IMG/VR virus record: IMGVR_UViG_3300012665_001179
Origin: an uncultured virus (IMG/VR IMGVR_UViG_3300012665_001179)
Lineage: Duplodnaviria > Heunggongvirae > Uroviricota > Caudoviricetes
Direction: 5' to 3' (one strand)
DNA: 64,000 nucleotides
The notes under the pieces are model-generated. The model was not told where the DNA came from. It saw nothing but the letters and a program-made list of their open reading frames with translations, and ran no database searches. Made by a program: the position numbers and the translations under genes. Positions 10,084 to 18,961 of this stretch are shown here, piece by piece (position 1 is the first letter of the stretch; each line of letters starts with the position of its first letter).

Positions 10084-10517
10084 TATTTTATAATACTACG
10101 TAACATCCATCCGTGTTTTTGGTGATTAGCTAAAATGTCTTGCAAGAAATTAGAAACTGCGGGTTCACCAGCTTCATCAGCAGCAACAATACCTGCACGT
10201 AGATGAATGATGAAACGATCATTGTCGTTCTTTAATTCACTCATCATGGCAAGTGCTGGTGGAATATTAGTTGTTTCTGGTATATCAGCCAACTCTATCA
10301 TTCTTCCTAAAGATGTTGGAGCATATGCATCCAGTTGACGAATCTGTTCTGCAATAGTATCAGTTTGACCAAAAACAGATTCATAAAAATCACCTAGAAA
10401 ATCGTGATATTGTGGAAAGTTTGAACCTTCGATATTCCAGTGAAACGAATGTGCTTTAAAATATAAAGCAAAGTTTGTCCCTAGAATAGTTTTTAATTGT
10501 GTTATTAATGTTTCCAT
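10083..10517 (-). CDS. dps: Dps family ferritin-like DNA-protection/iron-storage protein
   Basis: LYFKAHSFHWNIEGSNFPQYHDFLGDFYE...DTIAEQIRQL...QKHGWML matches the Dps ferroxidase pattern (HWN, second His 12 residues later, DxxAE) and C-terminal K..WML. Confidence 0.93.
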   Translation of the reverse strand: METLITQLKTILGTNFALYFKAHSFHWNIEGSNFPQYHDFLGDFYESVFGQTDTIAEQIRQLDAYAPTSLGRMIELADIPETTNIPPALAMMSELKNDNDRFIIHLRAGIVAADEAGEPAVSNFLQDILANHQKHGWMLRSIIK

Positions 10518-10524
10518 ATTAGTC

Positions 10525-10905
10525 CTATTTATTATCTTTTAAAAGTTTCATTAATTCGTTAGTTGAACCCACAAATACAGCCTTATCAACATTGATAGGA
10601 CCATCATTCTTTTTACCTGTCAAATCTTTCTTACGTTTTTGAATCTCCATTAAATCTTTATTCAAATCGGAAAGACTTTTAATTAGATTGGCAGCGACCT
10701 CATAGTCTCTCGCCTTTTCAGATTCTTTGGCAACATTAAGAATACCGTCAACTGCTTTATTACCTTTATCTATCAGTTCTCTAATATTCTGACGAGCAAA
10801 ATCTGCATCATCTTCTATAGGTTCTTTGACCTCGACAATGTTACTTTCAACGTGTATAGGTTCCACATCAAAAACTTCTGATAATTTTTCATTTAATTTT
10901 TTCAT
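10525..10905 (-). CDS. gp16: Terminase small subunit (T4 gp16 family)
   Basis: DDADFARQNIRELI, ARDYEVAANLIK and AVFVGSTNELMKLLK motifs typical of T4-like gp16. Confidence 0.92.
   Translation of the reverse strand: MKKLNEKLSEVFDVEPIHVESNIVEVKEPIEDDADFARQNIRELIDKGNKAVDGILNVAKESEKARDYEVAANLIKSLSDLNKDLMEIQKRKKDLTGKKNDGPINVDKAVFVGSTNELMKLLKDNK
10526..10533 (-). promoter_or_regulatory. Late-promoter-like AATAAATA upstream of dps
   Basis: Plus-strand tatttatt overlapping the gp16 stop; only 9 nt from the dps ATG, so it may be coincidental. Confidence 0.35.
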
Positions 10906-10914
10906 AATTATATA

Positions 10915-11694
10915 TTAAACTAAGTAAGTTATACTATCTGCAAATCCAAATTCATCGTCTATCATTGACGCAGCATTATCAGATTCGGTATGAAAGATTA
11001 CTGTCAGATTATTGGTCGTTACATTACTGGTTGTTGTAGTTTCGATATAGACATTTGAATTTGAATTACGTATATAAGACTCTTCTTTGATTGCAGGCCA
11101 TATGAAACTTCTGGCTGTAAATTCTAAGTTCCAAATAATTAATCTGGTTGAAGCCATATCACCTTCATAATCAACTTCATTTGATACCGAATTTAATGTG
11201 ATAGGCATATCACTAGAACCTACATCACCCATTGTTGGATTAAACTTTACAGTTACAGTATAATCTGGTGTAAAAAATGGTAATATTTGTTCTAATATTT
11301 GAGTGCCGTCTTCAGTATTTCTAACATAAATCGACATTGAAAAATCAAACGTATATGGCACAGGCATACGTTGAGACTTTAATGTTGTTGTAGAATTATT
11401 AGTGGCAAAGTTTTTGGCAGTTGTTATTTGTTTTCTAGAAGGATCATATGCCATTCCAGTCATATCAAATGAAATTCTAGGAACAACCGTATTGACAGAC
11501 TTCAGTAAATCTGGATCTGCCAAAAGTCGAGTCATGTATTTCTCTTTAGAACCATAAGATAACGGTACTCGAATTCTTTCTTTCTCTACACCTGCTTTGG
11601 TAAATCTAATGATTTGCAGGTCATTAAAAATTGTGCCAAATGCCACAACAATTTTTCTAATTGTTCTATTATAAAAAAATTCGTTATGTAACAT
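10915..11694 (-). CDS. gp15: Tail sheath stabiliser/terminator (T4 gp15 family)
   Basis: FYNRTIRKIVVAFGTIFN, VPLSYGSKEKY, PRISFDM and QILEQILPFFTP motifs. Confidence 0.95.
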   Translation of the reverse strand: MLHNEFFYNRTIRKIVVAFGTIFNDLQIIRFTKAGVEKERIRVPLSYGSKEKYMTRLLADPDLLKSVNTVVPRISFDMTGMAYDPSRKQITTAKNFATNNSTTTLKSQRMPVPYTFDFSMSIYVRNTEDGTQILEQILPFFTPDYTVTVKFNPTMGDVGSSDMPITLNSVSNEVDYEGDMASTRLIIWNLEFTARSFIWPAIKEESYIRNSNSNVYIETTTTSNVTTNNLTVIFHTESDNAASMIDDEFGFADSITYLV

Positions 11695-12641
11695 TATGGT
11701 TCACCAAATGGGTTATGTTCTGTGAAGTCAATAATACCTTCACCTTCGGTTTCTATTCTGTAATTGTCTGTAACATCTTCAAATGTATTATCAAATACTG
11801 ACATATCGTCTGGTGCATATGTAGTATAAACTGCACCACTGGTATTTCCTTTTAAGAATTCTCCATTAGCAAAAGTGCCATTGACACGAATAACATCAAC
11901 ATAATTACCAGTCCATGTATGCACTATGGCTTGAGCGTTAGCATTTGCTAAAGTTGAACCTTGATAAACAATCTCACCTTGCAAATATCTACCTGAACCT
12001 ACAGTTACAGGCAATCTTGTCTTACGATAATAATCGAATGCTTGATCGTCAATTTCACTACGACCTGTGTTTATAATTTCATCCGACATTACGAATTGTT
12101 TGAGAGTTAATGCATAAACATAAACGTTACCTCCACGGCCACGACCTAAAGTATAAAACATTGCTTGATCGTTTTCATGTTCTACAAAAGTAATCTCAAA
12201 AAAACCATTTGTTAGTGGTATATAAATTAAATCACCTTCTCTAGGTCTTTTTGGAGCAGTATTATTAGATGCTGTTAAACCACCAATTCTAGCAACGTTG
12301 TAATTGGCGGTGCCGATTTCATGTTTAAATCTTCTGCGAGATACTAACACTTTAACTTCATCACGAATTTCTAAACCAAATTTAGAAATAAAATCTTGGT
12401 CACCATCCATACCAGTAACATTTTCCAAATATATTTCAATTGGAACTGCACTAACATATTGTTTCAGAGTATCTTCACCATATAACTTATCTTCACCGTC
12501 AGGATCACGAGATGTTCTTGGTAAATAATAAACATCCATACCATATATTTGCATTGCTTCAATAACTAAATCTTCAACTAAAAGTTGTTCTTCAGTTATC
12601 TGATTGGCAGGAAAGTTATTAAAATAAAAGTTTGTTGCCAT
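11694..12641 (-). CDS. gp14: Neck protein (T4 gp14 family)
   Basis: LVEDLVIEAMQIYGMDVYYLPR, SKFGLEIRDE, RPREGDLIYIP and C-terminal IIDFTEHNPFGE motifs. Confidence 0.95.
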   Translation of the reverse strand: MATNFYFNNFPANQITEEQLLVEDLVIEAMQIYGMDVYYLPRTSRDPDGEDKLYGEDTLKQYVSAVPIEIYLENVTGMDGDQDFISKFGLEIRDEVKVLVSRRRFKHEIGTANYNVARIGGLTASNNTAPKRPREGDLIYIPLTNGFFEITFVEHENDQAMFYTLGRGRGGNVYVYALTLKQFVMSDEIINTGRSEIDDQAFDYYRKTRLPVTVGSGRYLQGEIVYQGSTLANANAQAIVHTWTGNYVDVIRVNGTFANGEFLKGNTSGAVYTTYAPDDMSVFDNTFEDVTDNYRIETEGEGIIDFTEHNPFGEP

Positions 12642-12642
12642 T

Positions 12643-13599
12643 TTAACCCATCATGATTTCATTGGGCAGTACGTTATACATCTGCATCTCATCTTCTATT
12701 TTAGTGATCTCTAAAACAGCTTCATCATAGATTTCTTTACCATTTAAAGTTACGCCACCTGGCATTTGAATACCACCAAATTTCTTCAGGTTGGAACCCC
12801 ACTGTTCTTTGATCTTGGCAGTTGCATATTGTTTTATGAATCGATCATTCCAAACATCTGTAAATCCAGCTTTAGTCATAGTAACTGAAGCAATATTACT
12901 TGTTAAATTACCTGTAATATAAATCTGTGTTGGTGAAATTATTCTATTAACTTGAACTGATTGACCGTCTGATAAAGTTATGAAATCATTTTCTATAATT
13001 TCTTGATCGAATTTTGTACCTGTACCTGTCATCACATTCGAAGTATTTGTACCTGTCAATGTTCCGGTTAATGTGATAGTATCAGGTTCCATTTTACGAT
13101 AACATTCGATGATTACATATTCACCTACGGTAGCATCTCTCGACCAATCAATATCTAACATCAAACGATTTTGAAGTCGATTAAATCTGAATTGCGGAGT
13201 ACCAGAAAACAACAGATTCAATGTACGAATATGTTGCATGGTAATCTCATAAGACACATAAGATACTGAGGTGAAGTCGTATAGATCATGCAATCTTAAC
13301 TGATATCTCAAGTCAAACATATTGACTGAAGAATTAGAATCATCAAAAGGCAAAACAGAATGCACAAATATTACAGAATCAGGACAATAAATCCATCTAC
13401 GATCAATATCTTCTTGAGTGAAACGATGCTTCATGTAAATCTTTTCACACCCATCAAAATGATAGTCATGAAAAAACTGTAAAGCATCATCAATACGATC
13501 TTCAATTTGGTCATCATCTACATTAATTTGAATTACTGGCCAGCCTAAACGGCGCATACAGTAATTTTTAAATTCAGCTCTTGTAGTAATTTGTGCCAT
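12643..13599 (-). CDS. gp13: Neck protein (T4 gp13 family)
   Basis: YCMRRLGWPVIQINVDDDQIEDRIDDALQFF and KEQWGSNLKKFGGIQMPGGVTLNG motifs. Confidence 0.95.
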   Translation of the reverse strand: MAQITTRAEFKNYCMRRLGWPVIQINVDDDQIEDRIDDALQFFHDYHFDGCEKIYMKHRFTQEDIDRRWIYCPDSVIFVHSVLPFDDSNSSVNMFDLRYQLRLHDLYDFTSVSYVSYEITMQHIRTLNLLFSGTPQFRFNRLQNRLMLDIDWSRDATVGEYVIIECYRKMEPDTITLTGTLTGTNTSNVMTGTGTKFDQEIIENDFITLSDGQSVQVNRIISPTQIYITGNLTSNIASVTMTKAGFTDVWNDRFIKQYATAKIKEQWGSNLKKFGGIQMPGGVTLNGKEIYDEAVLEITKIEDEMQMYNVLPNEIMMG

Positions 13600-13618
13600 G
13601 TTTTTATCTTTAAAGTGA

Positions 13619-16531
13619 TTACGCTTGTGCTTCTGACCAACGAAGTAGTAATATTGAGTTTGAAGCTGTACCTGCTGACAAACGAATATTGACAGCTAGA
13701 ACATCAGAACCATCAGGATATTTAAAGTCGCCACCTAAAGGTGAACCAGATAGTTCTTTTAGTTTTGATAGATTTAATACTTCTTTACTAGCACCTGCGG
13801 TATCTGTAGGTCCTGAAAACGCAAAAACTTGTTCTCCAGGTAAAGCAAATGTTCCAGATATCCAAGTGAATGATGTTGATACTTGAGCAAAACTAGGTTG
13901 ACCGCCAGCAGCTTCTGGTGTTAAGTTTGTCCATGTAGCTGTATTCAAGTTTTTAGGATTAAGAACACCTTCAACGATAACTGAACCTGGTGTTGATGCT
14001 GCACCGTGAACTGAAACTCCAATTTCTTCTAGTAATAATTGACTTCGATTTAATAAGTCTTTAACACCCAAAGCACCAACTTGACTGTTCGAAACACTAG
14101 GTGCTAAACGAATCAAGAATGCGGTTTGGTTAGTTGTTGTTAATGACGCTACTGCTCTTTGATAGTTAAAAATGTAACCTCTATCTTGATCGTAACCGCC
14201 ATCCATAATTAATGCAGAACCCCAATGGTTCAATGTTGGACTAGCAGTATTACTAATCAGTATAACACCTGAATTATTAGGATGAGTAGCAGCTACGCCT
14301 CCTGTTACTGTATTAGTTACACCTAATTGATACACTGTCATTGGTGAAGCACGTACACAACCGGTTAAATTTCCGGCACCAGATGTTGTACTTTTACCTG
14401 AAAAGTAAATTGCTTCACCATCAATCCAAACTGTACCTGAAGTTGGGAAATATCTAGTCTCTGCTACTGGAATAGTTGTTTGAGTAGCATCCATTGAAGA
14501 AGTTAAATAAGTTGTAGGACTATCATTTTCGATACTGTATCGAACTGGTAAGTTACCAGAACGCATGTAAGCTTCATCATTAACGTTATTGTTTTTAATT
14601 CGATGTGCGAAGACCCAATTACCATCAGCACCACGACACATGAAGTCAGCAAAACCAGCACCATACCAACTGTATTGAATGCCCATCATCTGCATTTTAT
14701 TTAAATTAATATTAAAACCACTTGGACCGTTTCCATCAATTGTATCGATATTAAAATCACTTTGTGGTATTCTTGTTTCTGAGATTAAACTTCCTCGAAC
14801 ACCAGTGGCATTAGTTCCTCGATAATCTGGAGTTACAAACATTAAAGTAGAATTAGCAACATTACAAACAAAGTGAGTCATACCACGAAGAACAATTTTA
14901 TCTCCAGCACGAACTTGTTCACCAAAACGAGTATTAGATCCGATTAATTGATTTGAATTCTGTACAACTTGAATAGTTCCCGTTAATTGATTGGTGGCAG
15001 AACGTCTAACAGCGTATAAAGTATCACCATCATATTCCCAAAATAATCCATTTTGTTCATCAAAAAGACCAGCACGAACACTGGCACCTTGCCATGATGT
15101 TAAATAAGTTTTTGAGTCAGCGTTTAATGTTGGTGTAGTTGAACCTAATACACTTGTTGCATTTACTGTAAACTGATAATCATTAAGAATTGAGGCTACA
15201 TTATAATAACCTTCATAACCTGATGTTGATATGCCTTGTAATCTAATATTAGCATTTGCTTGCATTCCATGATCGGCATCATCTGTAGTAACTGTAATAA
15301 CAGAACCTACAGTTGTTCCAGAAGCAACGACATTTAATGTATCATAGTTTGGTTTAAATAAAGTACCAGTTGACCACAAAAATCCTTTACCTGATTGATA
15401 TCTAAAGTATTTTTTACTTTGACGAACAACTGTTGATCCATATGATGGACTACTTGTTTGTAAAGTTACACCACCATCGAAAGGTCTATGTAAAAGTTTT
15501 GAATTAGAAAAAGCGTATAGTGTAAAACCAGATATACCAGAAACCGCAGCACCAGCTCTAGCTAAATAAGTAAAAGTTGTGGGAGAAGGAACACTCAATA
15601 TAATAAATGGTCCGGTAGCAAGTGCAGCATTTGTTCCTGTGGATACTGCGGCATAAATTGACATTCCAGGTAATAAACCATGTTGTGTCGTGGTAGTTAC
15701 TGTGATTGTTGATGGATTAGCACCGTCACTACTCATAGTAGTAACTGGTATAGTGGCTCCACTATAAAATGCTCCACGTTTAACTACAGTGTCATCACCA
15801 TATAAACTTTGTCCGTTTACTGTTCCTACTATACCTCGAGCAAAAAAAGTAATATTTGTTGGAGTTGTTACAGTATTAACAACAAAATTACCATCAGCTC
15901 TACTAAAACCTGCAATACCTCTGTTTAATCCTGAAACACTAACTGCTGTATTACTTGGATATAAACCATGTGCTGTAGTAAATCCTACATTTATTAAACT
16001 GTTAGTTGTACTTGTTGTAGTGAAGTCAGTTGTAACTGTAGAAACAACAAGATCAACACCAGGTAATTCGTATATACTAGGATAACCCCTCATGGTACCG
16101 TAACCCGCCCATTTGGTTGGTTGAAGTCCGTATTCAAAGTCAGCATCAATTAAAGATTGTGGTGTCGATACACGCATACGTTCAATAGCGTCTGTACCAA
16201 ATCTATAAGGTCTAAAACTTTCATCTTCAACATTTACAAAAATCTGTAGTTTATCTCCAGAACTTTGACCTGTAGTGTTTACAGATAAAGTAATTGTGGT
16301 GTAACCACCATGAGCTTGTAACAGATTAGGAAATGCATTTAAGGCAGCTGTTGTATAAACTGCTGTTGTTCCTGCATAGGCTGAGTCAGCAAAGTTATAA
16401 AGTATAACGTTGTCTGTTGTATTCGTAATAAGTAACAAATCATCCAAGTCGTACTTGCCTGGAATTCTAATCGTACCTACACCAGCATTACCTGGTGTAA
16501 AAACGTATTTCAATATATGCCGTTTTGCCAT
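13619..16531 (-). CDS. Large virion structural protein (fibre/appendage associated)
   Basis: 970 aa, beta-rich, with three T..HG(L/M) modules (TTAHGL, TTQHGL, DADHGM); located between fibre and neck genes. Confidence 0.7.
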   Translation of the reverse strand: MAKRHILKYVFTPGNAGVGTIRIPGKYDLDDLLLITNTTDNVILYNFADSAYAGTTAVYTTAALNAFPNLLQAHGGYTTITLSVNTTGQSSGDKLQIFVNVEDESFRPYRFGTDAIERMRVSTPQSLIDADFEYGLQPTKWAGYGTMRGYPSIYELPGVDLVVSTVTTDFTTTSTTNSLINVGFTTAHGLYPSNTAVSVSGLNRGIAGFSRADGNFVVNTVTTPTNITFFARGIVGTVNGQSLYGDDTVVKRGAFYSGATIPVTTMSSDGANPSTITVTTTTQHGLLPGMSIYAAVSTGTNAALATGPFIILSVPSPTTFTYLARAGAAVSGISGFTLYAFSNSKLLHRPFDGGVTLQTSSPSYGSTVVRQSKKYFRYQSGKGFLWSTGTLFKPNYDTLNVVASGTTVGSVITVTTDDADHGMQANANIRLQGISTSGYEGYYNVASILNDYQFTVNATSVLGSTTPTLNADSKTYLTSWQGASVRAGLFDEQNGLFWEYDGDTLYAVRRSATNQLTGTIQVVQNSNQLIGSNTRFGEQVRAGDKIVLRGMTHFVCNVANSTLMFVTPDYRGTNATGVRGSLISETRIPQSDFNIDTIDGNGPSGFNINLNKMQMMGIQYSWYGAGFADFMCRGADGNWVFAHRIKNNNVNDEAYMRSGNLPVRYSIENDSPTTYLTSSMDATQTTIPVAETRYFPTSGTVWIDGEAIYFSGKSTTSGAGNLTGCVRASPMTVYQLGVTNTVTGGVAATHPNNSGVILISNTASPTLNHWGSALIMDGGYDQDRGYIFNYQRAVASLTTTNQTAFLIRLAPSVSNSQVGALGVKDLLNRSQLLLEEIGVSVHGAASTPGSVIVEGVLNPKNLNTATWTNLTPEAAGGQPSFAQVSTSFTWISGTFALPGEQVFAFSGPTDTAGASKEVLNLSKLKELSGSPLGGDFKYPDGSDVLAVNIRLSAGTASNSILLLRWSEAQA

Positions 16532-16557
16532 TCTATTATTTCTCCAAAATTATCTTT

Positions 16558-16565
16558 TATTTATC
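16558..16565 (-). promoter_or_regulatory. Late-promoter-like GATAAATA
   Basis: Plus-strand tatttatc in the gap upstream of the 970-aa gene, with GGAG downstream. Confidence 0.5.
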
Positions 16566-16566
16566 T

Positions 16567-18924
16567 CTAACCTAAAGCAATTGCCATCGCAGCTGCTGTA
16601 GCAATTATCGATGTACTAATTGGTGTGTTAGCATTTAATTCATAAACAGAATTTGCGAGTCTATCGATAGCAACTTGAATTGTGGCAGGTACTTGTCCTG
16701 CCCATTTAGAAGTATTTGATGCTACATAAGTCGTATCAATAGATGCAGTTAATTCTCTAATAGAAATAGATTCGCCAGTTTGTGGGGCAGTTACAAATGT
16801 TAAAGTGTTTCCAGATATAGTATAATCTGTTACTGGTCTTTGAGCCAGACCGTTAGTGAACACAATTATATTATTAGCATTCATGTTAGCAGTAACAGCA
16901 AATGCTACAGTAGTGTTATCACCAGTAAATGTTCTTACATTAGTGTTGGCAGATGCCATACTAGAAACACTATTTGCTGCGTTGTATGCTAAGTTTGCTT
17001 GTATTCTTGCCCATGCATCTGCACCACCACCTCCACCGCCACCAGTATTAGCAACCGCAAAAGCAGCATTAGCATAACTCGCAGCAGAATTTGCTGTACT
17101 GTATGCTAAGTTTGCTTGTACTCTAGACCAAATATCTGTTCCTCCACCACCAGTATTTGCCTGTGCAAAAGCAGCATTAGCGTAATCACCTGCACTTGTA
17201 CCTTTTGCATCAGCAGTATTTGCCTTGATGAAAGCAGCATTTGAATTATCACGAGCGAACTGATCTGTGCCTGCACCACCAGTATTGGCTTGTGCAAAAG
17301 CAGCATTAGCATATGCTGCAGCTGAGTTTGCTGTGCTTCTCGCATAAGCATCTTCACCAAAACCACCAGAATTTAAGTCTGTACTGACACCGCCACCACC
17401 AGAAGTAATATCTAAAAAGAATCCTCTAGCTGATCCACCTTGTTCAAAAATTCTTAATTTGTTCCGATAGATATCAATCGTTACGCCAGTACCAGCTATT
17501 GTAGTATTAGTTACAGGTTTACCTAATAATATTTCACCACCTTCATCACCATCAGAATTTGTAACAGTTAATAATTTTGTGCTTAAAATTCCTGTAGTTT
17601 TATTGAAAGTTAGATTAGTATTTCCTGCAAAAGTTGTTCCACCATCATTAAATTGAACTTGAGTATCAGTGCCACCAGGAGTACCAGTAACACTATTGGC
17701 TTTTGCAAAAGCCGCATTAGCATATATTGCTGCGGAGTTTGCAGTACTATATGCAGTATTAGAATAATTACTAGCACTATTAGCTACATGGCTTGGAGTA
17801 TTTGCTTGTAAGAATGCTGCATTAGCATAATTTGCAGCACTAGTAATATTGTTGGTGAAATTATTGGCGGTTGTGAAAGCAGCATTAGCATAATTACCAG
17901 CATTGACTGCTTTACCATCTGCTGTATTGGCAGCAGTGAAAGCACCATTCGCATAATTCGCAGCACTAATAACATTGTTAGCAACTGTAAATGCGCCATT
18001 AGCATAGAAACCTGCACTGGTACCTTTAGCATCGGCTGTGTTAGCTGCACTAAAAGCACCATTAGCATAGTTACTGGCACTAGTTGCACCAGAACCACCA
18101 GAATTTGCTAGAGCAAAAGCAGCATTAGCATAATTACCAGCATTGACTGCTTTACCATCTGCTGTATTGGCAGCAGTGAAAGCACCATTCGCATAAAATC
18201 CATCAGTGTCGGAACCTATGTTTGCATATGTCGATCCATCATTACTGAATTGCCATTTATCTGTAGTTTCATTCCAATGTAAAAACGTTGGATTAGAACT
18301 ACCACGAACAACTCTAACACCAGCATCCAATGTAGGCGTACCAACAACATTGTAATTTAAATCTATAAAATTATCTTGAACTTGTAATGTATTTACAGTT
18401 AAAGTTGTTGTGCAACCTGTAACAGAAAAATTACCTGTGATTGCAACATCACCTGTAATAGTACCACCTGAAGATGAAAATTTACCGTTAGCAGCTGTAA
18501 ATGCACCGTTAGCATAATTACCAGCACTGGTGCCTTTAACATCGGCTGTATTGGCTGTATTATATGCTAAGTTAGCTTGCACCCTAGACCAAAGATCAGT
18601 AGAACCAGATGCTGCCGCATTTGCAACAGCGAATGCAGCGTTTGCTTTATCAAAAGCACCAGTAGCATTAATAGATGCAGTATTAGAATTTGTAAATGCA
18701 CCGTTAGCGTAATTACCAGAACTGTTGGCTGTTATGAATGCACCGTTAGCATAGAAACCCGCACTATTAGCTACATGGCTTGGAGTATTCGCAACTATAA
18801 AGGCAGCATTAGCCTGCGAAAATGATGATTCGATTTGAGGAGCGACATTAATACCACCAGTCACAACTGCGGTGTTGGCGTATAATGTTCCGTAAATTCT
18901 TGTGCCGTCTTTTAGTAATGCCAT
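16567..18924 (-). CDS. Fibre-like structural protein with Asn-periodic heptad (ANxAF/ANxAxxY) repeats
   Basis: 785 aa with Ala/Asn-rich heptads, an RG...WNE..DKWQF.NDG domain, a GGTDTQVQFNDGG motif, a C-terminal FTGD...NG..Q.P..DYT module and terminal AMAIALG. Confidence 0.75.
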   Translation of the reverse strand: MALLKDGTRIYGTLYANTAVVTGGINVAPQIESSFSQANAAFIVANTPSHVANSAGFYANGAFITANSSGNYANGAFTNSNTASINATGAFDKANAAFAVANAAASGSTDLWSRVQANLAYNTANTADVKGTSAGNYANGAFTAANGKFSSSGGTITGDVAITGNFSVTGCTTTLTVNTLQVQDNFIDLNYNVVGTPTLDAGVRVVRGSSNPTFLHWNETTDKWQFSNDGSTYANIGSDTDGFYANGAFTAANTADGKAVNAGNYANAAFALANSGGSGATSASNYANGAFSAANTADAKGTSAGFYANGAFTVANNVISAANYANGAFTAANTADGKAVNAGNYANAAFTTANNFTNNITSAANYANAAFLQANTPSHVANSASNYSNTAYSTANSAAIYANAAFAKANSVTGTPGGTDTQVQFNDGGTTFAGNTNLTFNKTTGILSTKLLTVTNSDGDEGGEILLGKPVTNTTIAGTGVTIDIYRNKLRIFEQGGSARGFFLDITSGGGGVSTDLNSGGFGEDAYARSTANSAAAYANAAFAQANTGGAGTDQFARDNSNAAFIKANTADAKGTSAGDYANAAFAQANTGGGGTDIWSRVQANLAYSTANSAASYANAAFAVANTGGGGGGGADAWARIQANLAYNAANSVSSMASANTNVRTFTGDNTTVAFAVTANMNANNIIVFTNGLAQRPVTDYTISGNTLTFVTAPQTGESISIRELTASIDTTYVASNTSKWAGQVPATIQVAIDRLANSVYELNANTPISTSIIATAAAMAIALG
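17876..18196. repeat. Exact 81-bp direct repeat inside the 785-aa fibre gene
   Basis: 17876-17956 is identical to 18116-18196 (offset 240 bp, in frame). Confidence 0.9.
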
Positions 18925-18949
18925 TTTATTTTTTCGTTAAATGATTATC

Positions 18950-18957
18950 TATTTATC
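18950..18957 (-). promoter_or_regulatory. Late-promoter-like GATAAATA
   Basis: Plus-strand tatttatc in the gap upstream of the 785-aa fibre gene. Confidence 0.5.
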
Positions 18958-18961
18958 ACTA

